64,000 nucleotides of DNA from IMG/VR virus record IMGVR_UViG_3300028591_000099, positions 96,982 through 160,981 of that record; one strand, given 5' to 3'. The position numbers were made by a program, and so were the translations under genes. Each line of letters starts with the position of its first letter. Position 1 is the first letter of the stretch. The DNA is from a virus. Taxonomy: Duplodnaviria; Caudoviricetes. Under the pieces are notes generated by a model that ran no database searches, had not been told where the DNA came from, and worked only from the letters and a program-made list of their open reading frames with translations. Below, piece by piece: positions 29,204 to 40,724 of this stretch.

Positions 29204-31168
29204 TTATTTTTTTATAGGTGTCAAAAATTTTTCAATAAACTCTTTTTCCGAAACGATCGGAATACCGAGCTTTTTCGCAGTCAAATTTTTAGAAGAGGAA
29301 GAGGTAGTATCGTTATTGATTAAATAGTTTGTTTTCGAACTTACAGAGCCAGATACATGGCCACCTTGAGCCTCAATCGCAGCCTGTAATTCACTTCTAT
29401 TCTTAAACTCGGTCAACTTGCCTGTAACGCAAACTGTAATGCCATCAAGAGTTAAATCAGTATTACTCACTTCTGGGACATCTTCTACATTCATAAAATC
29501 ATAATATAATTTAGTAGCATATCTATCATAATCATATTCTAATAAACTACTGGATTTTTCAGGTCCGAAACCATCCCATTGCGAAAAATCAAATTGATTA
29601 TCAACTAATGTTAATAATTCTGCGTAGGTTTTAATATGTTTACAAATTTCTTTAGCAACATTTAAACCAATTAATGGAATACCAATAGCAGAAATAAAAT
29701 TTGGTAATGAACATTTGCGAGATTCTTCAATCGCATTTAAGATATTGGCTACTGACTTTTCACCAAAACCAGGCATATGTGCCCAGGCGACTTTGTGGTC
29801 TTTTAACTTGTAAATATCATACGGAGTAGAAATCCATTCATTGTCAATTAACTTTTCTAAAGTTGCTTTTGAAAGACCTTTAATATCTAATCCTTTTTTA
29901 CCGCAGAAATGGTCTAATTGATTAATTAATTTACCATCGCAATTTGGATTAGTGCAAATTAATGTTTTTACACCATCTGCGGATGTGGAGATTGCGGTTG
30001 GTGCTTCACAGATCGGACAAACCTGGGGGATACCGATCGGTTCACCCTCGGCCGCAGTATCAGCTTCTAAAATCTGAGGAATAATTAAATTAGCCTTAAA
30101 AATCCTTACGTTTTGCCCAACTACTGGATTTTTTAGAACATTTTCCATAACACTTAAGTTATGCAAACTCGCTCTCTCAACAATAGAACCATCTAGTTCT
30201 ACTGGAGTGAATACTGCAACAGGAGTTAATACCCCAGTTCTACCCATAGTCCAATCAATATTCTGTAATTCAGAATCTACAACTTCGACTTCTGGCTTCC
30301 AAGCAATACCATTTTTAAAATGATGACTTGTTGCACCTAATGATTTACCATATTCAATATCGTCATATTTCCAAACAATACCATCACATGGATAATTATC
30401 ATAACTCAAAAGAGCATTGTTAATATTACTCAAATCATCAATTGTTGTTGTAGAAGAAATAGCATGATATTTAACAACTTCAAACCCAATACTATTTGCT
30501 TCGTAGAGATTCTTTGATAACATTTTATAAGAACCACCTTCAATGACATCCCAAACAACAAATGATAGCCTACGTCTTTTTACAAAAGACATATCTAAAA
30601 CATTCAATGCCCCGGCCGCAGCATTACGAGGATTTTTAAACTCGCCATTTTTATTAACCAATTCAAAATCTGAATATTTAATAATAGCTTCACCATCAAC
30701 AATATATTCTCTCCAAATTGGAATTGTTAGTGGAACATTTAAAAAGTGTTTAACATGCTCAGTAATATCAGTACCCTGATACCCATTACCTCTAGTATTA
30801 GCAGAAACTAACTTACCCTCATTATATTTTAAACGAACAGATAGTCCGTCTAGTTTAATCATAGCAAGAGCTTCTTTATTTCTTATAAAAGATTTAATTT
30901 CTGCAATATCATGACATTTGTCTAAACTCAACATTGGTTTAGGTGTAATATCAACCTTCGTTAAGCCTGGTAATACTGGTGCTCCAACAGAATAGTTAGG
31001 ACTGCCAGAGTAAATGCATCCAGTTTTCTCCTCTAAATCATGGAGCATTTCGCATTTTAAATCATACTCTTGGTCACTCATAATAGGAGTATCAGTATTA
31101 TAATATGCATAACTTGCCTTATTTAAATCTTCTATAAGACCTAAAAGAACAAAAATATCATACTCCAT
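29204..31168 (-). CDS. ligA: NAD-dependent DNA ligase
   Basis: KLDG, TRGNG, NPRNAAAG, Zn finger, HhH and BRCT. Confidence 0.97.
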   Translation of the reverse strand: MEYDIFVLLGLIEDLNKASYAYYNTDTPIMSDQEYDLKCEMLHDLEEKTGCIYSGSPNYSVGAPVLPGLTKVDITPKPMLSLDKCHDIAEIKSFIRNKEALAMIKLDGLSVRLKYNEGKLVSANTRGNGYQGTDITEHVKHFLNVPLTIPIWREYIVDGEAIIKYSDFELVNKNGEFKNPRNAAAGALNVLDMSFVKRRRLSFVVWDVIEGGSYKMLSKNLYEANSIGFEVVKYHAISSTTTIDDLSNINNALLSYDNYPCDGIVWKYDDIEYGKSLGATSHHFKNGIAWKPEVEVVDSELQNIDWTMGRTGVLTPVAVFTPVELDGSIVERASLHNLSVMENVLKNPVVGQNVRIFKANLIIPQILEADTAAEGEPIGIPQVCPICEAPTAISTSADGVKTLICTNPNCDGKLINQLDHFCGKKGLDIKGLSKATLEKLIDNEWISTPYDIYKLKDHKVAWAHMPGFGEKSVANILNAIEESRKCSLPNFISAIGIPLIGLNVAKEICKHIKTYAELLTLVDNQFDFSQWDGFGPEKSSSLLEYDYDRYATKLYYDFMNVEDVPEVSNTDLTLDGITVCVTGKLTEFKNRSELQAAIEAQGGHVSGSVSSKTNYLINNDTTSSSSKNLTAKKLGIPIVSEKEFIEKFLTPIKK

Positions 31169-31170
31169 AA

Positions 31171-31437
31171 TTAACTATGATATTCTGATTTAACTAACCA
31201 GAATTTCTTTCTCCCATCTTTAAACATTACTGCATGGTCATCATACCAACCACGGTCCATTTTCTTAATTGCGGCTTCCGCTTCATCTCTATTCCTAAAA
31301 ACTAAATCACGATGAAAATGCATATTGCCATGATAGCCACTAGACTCCTGAGGGTCATATGCCCATGTATTTAAATCTTTTAATATCTGCTTTTCCGATT
31401 TACTACAATGATATACTGTATAATTAATGTTATGCAT
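31171..31437 (-). CDS. Hypothetical protein
   Basis: AAGGAG RBS. Confidence 0.7.
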   Translation of the reverse strand: MHNINYTVYHCSKSEKQILKDLNTWAYDPQESSGYHGNMHFHRDLVFRNRDEAEAAIKKMDRGWYDDHAVMFKDGRKKFWLVKSEYHS

Positions 31438-31501
31438 AATATGTTACTCCTTTACATATTTATTATAACATATTTTTTATAAAAAGAAAAGGTATATATT
31501 T

Positions 31502-31699
31502 TTATACCTTTTCTAATGCATCTTTTAACTCTTTTAATGGTATATAATACTCTAACAGCATTCTATCATCTTCATCACTATCATGATAAGGAAAGAATGG
31601 AATTCGAAGTATTAAATTGTTGTCTGTAATTTCATGAGAAGGATATAGTTTATCAAAAGCCGTTCCAGTAAATTGTTCAACTTTTACAATATTGATCAT
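31502..31699 (-). CDS. Hypothetical protein
   Basis: ORF after gyrA. Confidence 0.55.
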   Translation of the reverse strand: MINIVKVEQFTGTAFDKLYPSHEITDNNLILRIPFFPYHDSDEDDRMLLEYYIPLKELKDALEKV

Positions 31700-31702
31700 A
31701 TA

Positions 31703-34024
31703 TTACACCTTTGAGACTGATTGAATCCTATCTTTAATAGCAATATTACCTGCGGCCTGGCGTCCTAAAAGCGGAATATCGCTAGCTGAAATGCAGATTG
31801 ATTTGGATAATCCAATTACAAGAACCGAGTCTGTGTCATCAACAAGAGCAGCCGCCGCAATATCATCACCTTTATGACAAGTTACGCCTTTACCAGCTCT
31901 ACGCTGAATAACTAACTCTGTTGGAGCGATCTTTTTAACTAACCCGCCAACAGTAAATACAGCTAAGTTATCATTACCATTTCTGACAACCAAAGAAGTA
32001 ACTACTTCATCGCCATCATTTAGTGTAATACCCTTAACTCCAGAAGTCGCTCTAGAAGTTGGAGTAATTTCACTTGAATTAAACTTAATGCACATACCTT
32101 TTTTGGTGAGAATCATTAATGGTTCATCTTTAATTAATGAAACATTAACTAATGCATCATCATCTCTTAAACTAATTGCGGCAATGCCTGTCTTCTTTTT
32201 AGTCTTTGTATATTCATCTAAAGAGGTCTTTTTAACTAAACCCTGTTTTGTTGTGAACAATACATATTTTGCATCTGTATCTTTATAAATTGAGTATATA
32301 ACAGATGGGATTTCATTATTATCCATCTGAATAAGTGTTTTAATTGGGACACCTTTTGTAGTATTAGTGCCTTCTGGGATATCATTAACTGGTAATCTAT
32401 ACATATTACCCTTATTAGAGAAAATCATCATTGAATCAACGGTATTTGTTCTAATAACAGAATTAACAATATCATCAGTAGTTTTTACACCCTTACCGCC
32501 TCTACGCTGTGTGCGGAAAGAGGTTGCCGGAATACGCTTAATTAAACCAGAATCTGTCATAATTACAACAACTTTTTCTGGTTCAACATATGCGACTTCC
32601 TTATCTTCTTTTTTAACAGAAATTTGCGTTAATTCAGTACGACGAGCATCTCCATATTTTTTAACAATAGCAGCTAAATTATCCTTAATAGTTTGGAACT
32701 GCTTATCTGGAGAATTAAGCCAAATATGAATATTTCCAATTGTTGTTAAAAGTTCTTTATGCTCATTTTGAACTTCAACTTTTTCCAAATTGGCTAAACT
32801 ACTTAATCTCATTGCTAAGATTGCTTTAGCTTGACCTTCTGTGAATTTATACTGGATCTGTAATGCAGTATTAGCTGCGGCAGCAGATGCACTCTTTTTA
32901 ATTAATGCAATGATATTATCAATATCTTCAAGTGCCTTTAGTAAACCTTCAACGATTTCTAATCTCGCTTTAGCTTTCTCTAACTCAAAATTCTTAACAT
33001 TCTTTAAGCACTCCAAGTTATAATCAACATAAATCCTACAACAATCTTTAAGATTTAACTCTGTTGGAGTTTTACTAACAAGTGCTACCTGATTATAAGA
33101 GAAACTGGATTGTAAACTTGTTTTTGCAAATAAATTATTTACAATATATCCAATATCTCTATCACATTCAATAACGATTCTAACACCTTTTTTATTAGTT
33201 TCATCATGAACATCTATGATACCCTCAATCTCTTCAGCAAGAGCACCAATTTCATTCATAATGGTTTCAACAGAAACCCCATAAGGAATTTCGTAGAAAA
33301 CAATATGATTTTTCTTTTCAATAGTATACTTACCACGAACTTTAACAGTACCATGACCAGTTTTCATAATTGATGGAATATCATCTTTATTGATAACTAC
33401 TCCACCAGTTGGAAAGTCTGGACCTGGCAATGTCGGTTCTTTACCATCAATATAATCATTAATAGCTTGAGCTACTTCCCCTAAATTATGTGGTGCCCAA
33501 GAACAGGCCATCGCAACGCCAATACCACTATTTGGATTGCATAACAAGTTAGGGAATATGGATGGTAAGGATACCGGCTCTTCCATAGTCTCATCATAGT
33601 TAGGAATGAAAGCTACCGCATTTTTCTTAATTCCATCCAAAAGTCCATCTTCAGCAATTTTAGCCAATCTTGCTTCTGCGTAACGTGCGGCCGCAGGTCC
33701 ATCACCTACAATATTACCATTATTACCATGCCAATCAATTAATGGATAACGCATAATCCAATCCTGGGATAAACGAGCCATTGCCCCATAGATTGAACTA
33801 TCACCATGCGGATGAAGTTTACCCATTACGTCACCGACAATACGAGCTGCCTTAACATGCGGTTTTGAAGATGAACGCCCTTCAATAAGACATGAGTATA
33901 AAATACGCTTTGCTACTGGTTTAAGGCCATCTACTGCAGACGGGATTGCTCGATCGGTATTAACGGCAACCGCATACTCGATGAAGTTTGTATGTAATTC
34001 ATTATAAATATCATTATTCTGCAT
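31703..34024 (-). CDS. gyrA: Type II topoisomerase subunit A (GyrA/ParC)
   Basis: DGLKPV, HPHGD, AAARY, GPDFPTGG and GyrA-box QRRGGKG. Confidence 0.95.
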   Translation of the reverse strand: MQNNDIYNELHTNFIEYAVAVNTDRAIPSAVDGLKPVAKRILYSCLIEGRSSSKPHVKAARIVGDVMGKLHPHGDSSIYGAMARLSQDWIMRYPLIDWHGNNGNIVGDGPAAARYAEARLAKIAEDGLLDGIKKNAVAFIPNYDETMEEPVSLPSIFPNLLCNPNSGIGVAMACSWAPHNLGEVAQAINDYIDGKEPTLPGPDFPTGGVVINKDDIPSIMKTGHGTVKVRGKYTIEKKNHIVFYEIPYGVSVETIMNEIGALAEEIEGIIDVHDETNKKGVRIVIECDRDIGYIVNNLFAKTSLQSSFSYNQVALVSKTPTELNLKDCCRIYVDYNLECLKNVKNFELEKAKARLEIVEGLLKALEDIDNIIALIKKSASAAAANTALQIQYKFTEGQAKAILAMRLSSLANLEKVEVQNEHKELLTTIGNIHIWLNSPDKQFQTIKDNLAAIVKKYGDARRTELTQISVKKEDKEVAYVEPEKVVVIMTDSGLIKRIPATSFRTQRRGGKGVKTTDDIVNSVIRTNTVDSMMIFSNKGNMYRLPVNDIPEGTNTTKGVPIKTLIQMDNNEIPSVIYSIYKDTDAKYVLFTTKQGLVKKTSLDEYTKTKKKTGIAAISLRDDDALVNVSLIKDEPLMILTKKGMCIKFNSSEITPTSRATSGVKGITLNDGDEVVTSLVVRNGNDNLAVFTVGGLVKKIAPTELVIQRRAGKGVTCHKGDDIAAAALVDDTDSVLVIGLSKSICISASDIPLLGRQAAGNIAIKDRIQSVSKV

Positions 34025-35948
34025 TATACAAACCTCCTTCTTCACTATGATTCTTAATATATTCTTTTCTTAAACTAGCACTCGAACCCATTAAAGTTTC
34101 AAATAATTCATCTGCTTTTTGGACATCTTCAATAGTGATTTGTTTAATGATTCGATTATTTGGATCAGTTAATGTCTCTTCTGTTTCTTCAACAGACATT
34201 TCACCAAGACCTTTTAATCTATTAACCTGATATTTGCCATCTTTATGAGCTGCTTTAAACTCCTCTAAAGCAGTATCATCTTTTAAATATTTGTATCCTT
34301 TATTACCTCCAAGAGTGATCTTATATAGTGGTGGTACACCAGCATAAATATATCCATCTTGGATTAATTGAGGACAGAAGTTCCAAATAAATGTGTAAAA
34401 CAAATTTTTAATATGGCTACCATCAACATCGGCATCAGATTCAATAATAATCTTGCCATATCTTAAGTCCTCTGGTTTATAAGTAATTTTCATTGTTTTT
34501 GTATCTACTGTTAAACCAAAAGCGTCAATCATAGTCATAATTTCAGCGTTTTTCTGAATTTTATCTAAAGTTGCTTTTTGAGTATTAAGAATCTTACCTC
34601 TTACTGGCATGACTGCTTGGAATGAATTATCTCTTGCGAGTTTGAGATTACCAGATGCACTATCGCCCTCTGTAATATAAATCTCACAATCTTTACGAGG
34701 TTTACCCTTGCAATCCGCAAGTTTAGAATCAAATTTCAATGCTTTTTCTTTTTTCTTAACTTGTGCCCTAGCATTATCGCGAGCCTTTTTAGCAGCTTCT
34801 CTCGCTTTACGTGCGTTAATGGCTTTATCCGCAATTAATTTAACTTCTTTTTCATTACTAATCATCCAAGAGTTTAGAGCATCAATGATAGCTCTTGTAA
34901 AAGGTCCCATATCAATCTTTGTGATACGAGATTTAACTTGAGCATCATATGCTACTCCTGGTGCAGTAATATTAAATATAACATACAGGCCTTCTTGTAA
35001 ATCATCGCCTGTAAGATTTTCATCTTTATCTTTTAACCATTTTTTATCTTTAAAGAATTTATTAAACTCTCTTGTTAAAATGGTTTTAACTTGAGTAATA
35101 TGCTGTCCTGACTCTGTTAAACCAGTATTAACATATGGGATGATGGTGGAACCATAAGATGAGGTATAAGTCATTACCATATCCATCTTATTCTTACCAT
35201 CGGCAAAATTCATAGTTAAACGATTATTAATTAACTCTTTACCTTTAACTGCTTCATCAACCAAATCATTAATACCATTTTTAGAAATAAAAGTATCTTT
35301 AATACCATTATTATCTAAATTAATAGTTAAACCTGGGCATAAAGCTGTTATAGTTTTGCAAAGAGTTTTAATTTTATTAATTTCAACCTCTGTATGAGTA
35401 AAAAATTCTTCTGATGGTCTCCAGCAAACTCTTGTTCCAGTATCGTATCCAGTTAATTCATTACAAGTACCGCTTTCTCTTTCATCGAAAACACCTTCAA
35501 GAAAACGACAATTTTCAAATTGGTTATCTCTAATAGTTGTAACAGTTAACCAATGAGATAAATATGTAGTAATTTTACTACCAATACCAAAAGAGCCGAG
35601 AGATGTTCCTTCATAAGTTCCATCTTCACGATATTTTCCAGATGTGTTTAACACGCTAAAAGCGGCTTCAAGGATTGTTTTTCCATCTTCTCTGAATGAA
35701 TTAGGAATAAAACCTTGTCCATAATCTCGAACAGTGACTATATCTTTCTCAATTTTTAAATCAATTCGATTACCATGCCCTAATCTATATTCATCAATAG
35801 AGTTAGACAAAATTTCAACTAAAAGCTGTGTTGCATATGTAGTATCTCCACAATATACTCCTGGTCTTAGTCGAGTAAATTCAAGTGGCGATAAAGATTC
35901 AATACTTGACTCATCGTATAAAGTTTTATCTACTTTTTTAGTCGCCAT
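34014..35948 (-). CDS. gyrB: Type II topoisomerase subunit B (GyrB/ParE)
   Basis: GHKL ATPase, EGDSA, RGKILN, DADVDGSHI and KGLGEM motifs. Confidence 0.95.
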   Translation of the reverse strand: MATKKVDKTLYDESSIESLSPLEFTRLRPGVYCGDTTYATQLLVEILSNSIDEYRLGHGNRIDLKIEKDIVTVRDYGQGFIPNSFREDGKTILEAAFSVLNTSGKYREDGTYEGTSLGSFGIGSKITTYLSHWLTVTTIRDNQFENCRFLEGVFDERESGTCNELTGYDTGTRVCWRPSEEFFTHTEVEINKIKTLCKTITALCPGLTINLDNNGIKDTFISKNGINDLVDEAVKGKELINNRLTMNFADGKNKMDMVMTYTSSYGSTIIPYVNTGLTESGQHITQVKTILTREFNKFFKDKKWLKDKDENLTGDDLQEGLYVIFNITAPGVAYDAQVKSRITKIDMGPFTRAIIDALNSWMISNEKEVKLIADKAINARKAREAAKKARDNARAQVKKKEKALKFDSKLADCKGKPRKDCEIYITEGDSASGNLKLARDNSFQAVMPVRGKILNTQKATLDKIQKNAEIMTMIDAFGLTVDTKTMKITYKPEDLRYGKIIIESDADVDGSHIKNLFYTFIWNFCPQLIQDGYIYAGVPPLYKITLGGNKGYKYLKDDTALEEFKAAHKDGKYQVNRLKGLGEMSVEETEETLTDPNNRIIKQITIEDVQKADELFETLMGSSASLRKEYIKNHSEEGGLYNAE

Positions 35949-36060
35949 TTTCTGTCTCCTTTACTTATCATTATTATTATATCAAAAATAATAAAAAATG
36001 TCAAGATTTTTTGTCCTGACATAGTTTTTATAATTGGATTACTTTTTTATTTACTAAAAT

Positions 36061-36531
36061 CTAATTCTGAATTGTAGGAGTTAATATTCCAGTAGCCAAC
36101 TTGTCGGCTATTTCATTACCTTCAATACCAATATGACCAGAACATTTAATTAAATTAATATAATGATTACCATCATTTAATAACTTGTATCCATACTGTA
36201 TTAGATCTAGGTTCTCCACGTCTTTACCACCTGGTCTTTGCCAATTATTACGTTCCCAACTTTGTGCCCAAACAGTAAGAGCCATTAAAGCATATTGTGA
36301 ATCTGTATAAACGTCTGGCTGTTCCCAAGGATCTTGAGTTCCATATTTTTCAATAACTTTTATAATAGCTGATAGTTCCATTCTATTATTAGTTGTATTG
36401 TTAACTTGTTCTGAATACATATCTATAATATCGCCCAGTTCATTATATACAACAAAACCAAAACCGCCTACATTGTCGGCTCCTTTAGTATTATTAATTC
36501 TTGTAGATCCATCAGTATATATAGTATACAT
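36061..36531 (-). CDS. rnhA: Ribonuclease HI
   Basis: YTDGS, TNNRMEL, TDSQY and GNEIADKLA motifs. Confidence 0.95.
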   Translation of the reverse strand: MYTIYTDGSTRINNTKGADNVGGFGFVVYNELGDIIDMYSEQVNNTTNNRMELSAIIKVIEKYGTQDPWEQPDVYTDSQYALMALTVWAQSWERNNWQRPGGKDVENLDLIQYGYKLLNDGNHYINLIKCSGHIGIEGNEIADKLATGILTPTIQN

Positions 36532-36648
36532 TAATTAAAAACTCCTTTTGTTTTTGTTTTTGTTGTTTTTGAGCGATTGTGGTAATAAAATTGTATCGAA
36601 AATTTTTTTGTTTGTCAAATTTGCGGCTGGCGGTTTAACCGATCGGCA

Positions 36649-37203
36649 TTAGCGGTCGCCGCATAAAGTTTTTATATCTCTAATGTTATATCCATATTGA
36701 CTAAGCCAGCAAGAAGCATCAGGTCTAAAAGGGTAATATTCAGAACAATCTATTATATGTGACGAATCTCAATTATATTCATTACATATATCCTTACAAA
36801 ATAATTGTAATTTTAACAATACCTCAGCCGCATAAGCTGGATCATCATCCTTTTCACAAATACAGAGATGAATATAGTTATCATTTCAAACTTGCATATC
36901 TGCTGGATGTGTCTCTACAGTAGCGATATCATTGTTATTTAAAAGACCAATAAAGTAATGATAATTATAACTACGATGGATATGATTTCAATCATTGTTA
37001 TTAAAATTATATCCAATAAGCGACATTAAAATATCATATTTTGAATCACTTTTGGAGGGTTGCACGTAAGTCTTTAAGTATGGTGTTTTAACCCCAGAAG
37101 AGTGAATCATAATACCAACTGGATTAATATGTTTATTAATAGCATATTGAGTGCTATTTGTCGCTAAGCATTTGATTGGTTCTTGATTTTCTCATTTTTG
37201 CAT
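36649..37203 (-). CDS. N-acetylmuramoyl-L-alanine amidase (Amidase_2)-like protein, 184 aa, possibly degenerate; TGA=Trp; missed by the ORF track
   Basis: CLATNS, GIMIHSSG, YVQP, NDWNHI, HYFIG and ICE motifs; TGA at 37192, 36988, 36886 and 36769. Confidence 0.8.
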
Positions 37204-37585
37204 GAAATTCGTCCTTATCTCTAATATATTCATATAAATTTAGTTTAAGAACTGCTAATTGATGCTTAGCAATTTCTAAATCATTATTTAATAAACTTAT
37301 TTGGCGATAAAGCATTTTTGCTTCATATGATTTTGGATTAAAATGTTTGCTGTTTTTAATAGAATAATAGTATTGCTTTAACGCTTGTAATTTAATTTTT
37401 AAGTCATCTCTATATGTTTTAGCCGCTTGAATTTGTGCCCGCATTTCTGCGATAGTGCCCCCAATTAACGCACTTTCAAAATCCCGATCTTCGTCAGCAC
37501 AGCGTGCTTCGCCTTTGAAAACTCGGCCTAGACTATCAGTGACAGAACAAGTGGCATATCCATTTTCATAAGTAAAAATAGGCAT
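37154..37585 (-). CDS. Hypothetical protein
   Basis: GAGGAGG RBS before MPIFTY. Confidence 0.7.
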   Translation of the reverse strand: MPIFTYENGYATCSVTDSLGRVFKGEARCADEDRDFESALIGGTIAEMRAQIQAAKTYRDDLKIKLQALKQYYYSIKNSKHFNPKSYEAKMLYRQISLLNNDLEIAKHQLAVLKLNLYEYIRDKDEFHAKMRKSRTNQMLSDK

Positions 37586-37859
37586 AGTATAAACCTCCTC
37601 ATATTTATTATAACAAAAAATAAAAAATAACGCCAAAAAGGCCGGTCGGAAAACCAGCTTTTGTAAAGAAGTATTAAAATGGGATTATTTATTTAGGCGG
37701 ACTGCGGTTGCCTGTCTGAGCGGAGATTATCCCTGGATTTGGTAACGCCCTATATTCGGCAGCCGCATCCGATCCCCACACCCAGGCCGCAAACAAAGTG
37801 CATAAAAACACAAATAACCATGCAAAAAATAAGATAAAGAATAAAATCATTACTTACTC

Positions 37860-38075
37860 CTACTCTTGGAATAAACCATTGTTAAACTTTCTAAAAAATC
37901 GTTTAACATCTTTTTCATCATAACATTCATAATGATTGACTTCAGTTTTACAATAAGGACAATATAACTTCTTTAAATGCCCCCTCCCTCGTTGAGATGC
38001 TTGATTTCTCCAAACATTTAAACCTCGATTACCACAATGGGTGCAATAAAACTCGTGATATTCTAAATGTGCCAT
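37860..38075 (-). CDS. Small Zn-ribbon protein
   Basis: CTHC...HLKKLYCPYC. Confidence 0.7.
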   Translation of the reverse strand: MAHLEYHEFYCTHCGNRGLNVWRNQASQRGRGHLKKLYCPYCKTEVNHYECYDEKDVKRFFRKFNNGLFQE

Positions 38076-38261
38076 ACAATAAAATCACCTTTACCTTTCT
38101 AATTATATTATATCAAAAAATTGTAAATTTTTCAAATAAACCTCAAAGATGCTCGGTAGTCAGTTATTTCACTGTTTAATCTCGATAACTATTTTATATA
38201 TTCCTCTTATATATTATATCATATATTTTATAAAAAATAAAAGGGAGAACCGAAGTTCTCC

Positions 38262-39290
38262 CTAAATATCAGCAATTTGTTCTTTAAATAAGTTTGCACG
38301 AATTGGATTTCTCAGTTTCCGCATTGCCTTAGCTTCAATTTGGCGAGCACGTTCTCTTGTGACGCCAAGAGCTGTTCCAATATCTTCAAGAGTTTTACCT
38401 ACTCCATCATCAAATCCAAATCGCATAATAATTACTGTCTTTTCTCTCTCGGATAATGAATCAAGTAAGTCCATAACGGCTTCTTTTTTCATACTTTCTT
38501 TAGCAACTTGCTCTGGAGTTTTTGTGTTTAAATCTGGGATAATTTCAGTTAAATCTCCATCCTCATCATCTCCAATAGGTTTGTCTAAAGAAATGGGATT
38601 GCGATACGAATCAAGATATAACTGGACTTTTTCGGCAGTTAAATCAGTTTCTTTGGCAATTTCTTCTAAAGTTGGCTCTCTGTGAAGAGATTGTGCCAAA
38701 ATAGCTTTTGCTTTATTGATTTTGCTCATTGCTTCAACAACATGAACCGGAGTTCTAATCAATCTACTCTGGTCTGCGATCGCACGCGAAATCGCCTGCC
38801 GCACCCAATAAGTGGCATATGTAGAAAACTTAAATCCTTTAGTATAATCATATTTGTCTGCGGCCTTGACTAATCCCATATTGCCCTCTTGGATTAAATC
38901 AAGAAAAGTTAAACTACTTTTGCCAATATATTTTTTAGCAATAGAGGCAACTAATCGTAAATTAGATTCAACTAATTTATTTTTAGCATCAGTATCGCCA
39001 TCTGCAATTTTTTTGGCTAAATATAATTCCTGTTCTGGACTCAATAGAGGAATAGTATGAATTTGACGCATATAGATAGTGACAGAATTACTAGAACCAG
39101 AAAATCTTAAATCATCATTAGAATCTTCATCAAAATCAGATAACACAATTTCAATACCTCTATCATAGAGATATTCATATGCTTTTTCAATATCTTCTTC
39201 ATCAGAGAAAGTATCTGTAATAACAGAATCTTGAATGACACCATTCGTAGCATTAGCAATTAATTGTTCTATCGTTTTTTCAAATTCCAT
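38262..39290 (-). CDS. RpoD/SigA-like sigma-70 factor
   Basis: [29 protein letters not shown] and TRERARQIE motifs. Confidence 0.95.
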   Translation of the reverse strand: MEFEKTIEQLIANATNGVIQDSVITDTFSDEEDIEKAYEYLYDRGIEIVLSDFDEDSNDDLRFSGSSNSVTIYMRQIHTIPLLSPEQELYLAKKIADGDTDAKNKLVESNLRLVASIAKKYIGKSSLTFLDLIQEGNMGLVKAADKYDYTKGFKFSTYATYWVRQAISRAIADQSRLIRTPVHVVEAMSKINKAKAILAQSLHREPTLEEIAKETDLTAEKVQLYLDSYRNPISLDKPIGDDEDGDLTEIIPDLNTKTPEQVAKESMKKEAVMDLLDSLSEREKTVIIMRFGFDDGVGKTLEDIGTALGVTRERARQIEAKAMRKLRNPIRANLFKEQIADI

Positions 39291-39354
39291 TTTTAATTCC
39301 TCTTTTCCTTTTCCATTATTATTATAACATATTATTTTTTATTTTTCAAATAAT

Positions 39355-40161
39355 TTAAAATTTCCAATTAGTTTCAATTTCGTTAATAAGTTCACCTTTT
39401 GATAAAGATTTTGGACCTACCGTATATTGGATATATGGAAAAGTTAATTGATTTATATATTGCACAAATTCTTCATTTGAGATATTAGAATTATTTTTTA
39501 AAAAATAATTGCTTGAAACAGCCCTATTTAAATCAAGGGATGCTTTTCCAGCATTCCCACCAACTCTTTGGACTCGAAAATCTGCTTTATCTTTAGAAGT
39601 AAACGAAAATAAAGAACAAGTTGTTTTAAATTGTATTTTTTGTCTAGGAGTATTTTCTTTTTTCCAAACTTGAAAAACACAGGGAACAGATATTGTTTTT
39701 TTGTCTTTTAATAAAAAATAAGCATCTTTTAAGATAATTTCATTATGTAGATGAAAATTTAAATTTAAATTATTTTGAACGGATGGCTTTTTAAATGATA
39801 ATGGTAAAATAAAGGCTATTGTATCACAAAAACTTGCTGATTCATTAAAAAATTTTATAGCTAGTGAATTTTGTTCTCCAAATGGAGGATTGCCGCATAC
39901 TAAAATATTATTTCCTTTAAATTGATGTTTATCCAAAGTCAACCAATCCGCTTGAGTGATATTATCTGCACCGGGTGCAATATCAAAAGATAAGCAATTA
40001 GGAAGTTTTCGGGAAAAATTTCCAGTTCCTGCACTAGGTTCAATAATACAATCATATTCATTTAAATTTAAAATATCTAAACAAGTATCAACAATTTGAT
40101 CTGGAGTATAAAATCTATCTAAAGTATCTTTTTGTCCATTACTTTTGGTTTCTCTTGGCAT
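39355..40161 (-). CDS. Amino (N6-adenine/N4-cytosine) DNA methyltransferase
   Basis: FYTP, IEPSAGTG and GNPPF motifs. Confidence 0.85.
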   Translation of the reverse strand: MPRETKSNGQKDTLDRFYTPDQIVDTCLDILNLNEYDCIIEPSAGTGNFSRKLPNCLSFDIAPGADNITQADWLTLDKHQFKGNNILVCGNPPFGEQNSLAIKFFNESASFCDTIAFILPLSFKKPSVQNNLNLNFHLHNEIILKDAYFLLKDKKTISVPCVFQVWKKENTPRQKIQFKTTCSLFSFTSKDKADFRVQRVGGNAGKASLDLNRAVSSNYFLKNNSNISNEEFVQYINQLTFPYIQYTVGPKSLSKGELINEIETNWKF

Positions 40162-40696
40162 TTAATTCCTCCTCTGAAATTTTATATTTTGGCAAAATTT
40201 CTTTGTGCATATTAGTATTGTTAATAGAGCACTGCCATCTTTTTTGAGTTTTATGGTCTCTTTTGCCATTTACGGTTATGATTTGATTAGTATTATTTCT
40301 CCAATAATCTACGCATTCTTTTCTTAGAGCTGTCCATTTATTATCATCTTTTGGATCATTTGAAACATTATTTAAAGCATTTTTGAACAATGTTTCAAAA
40401 TCTTTTAGTGGCATAAAATACTTTTTCCATTCATTTGCTGGAATATATAAAATATGAATTTCATCAGAAGTATCTGTGTAATAATCTAAAAACATATAAA
40501 AATCCTCTTCTATAGAGGCTTGACGGAATAAATCTGCTAAATCAACAGCATTTCCTTTTTTTATGTGTTTAATAGAAACTGGATGCCCATTTAATTCTCC
40601 ATCCCATTTACTTGTATATGAAGAATTTAATATAACATTATATTGCCCAGCAATATATTTTTCAAAATCAAAACCATGTTTTTGTCTTTCTGGCAT
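40139..40696 (-). CDS. Putative PD-(D/E)xK restriction-endonuclease-like protein
   Basis: HGFDFE...WD...VSIK pattern; overlaps the methyltransferase. Confidence 0.5.
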   Translation of the reverse strand: MPERQKHGFDFEKYIAGQYNVILNSSYTSKWDGELNGHPVSIKHIKKGNAVDLADLFRQASIEEDFYMFLDYYTDTSDEIHILYIPANEWKKYFMPLKDFETLFKNALNNVSNDPKDDNKWTALRKECVDYWRNNTNQIITVNGKRDHKTQKRWQCSINNTNMHKEILPKYKISEEELNAKRNQK

Positions 40697-40724
40697 TTTT
40701 ATTTTCTCCTTATATTATATTACA

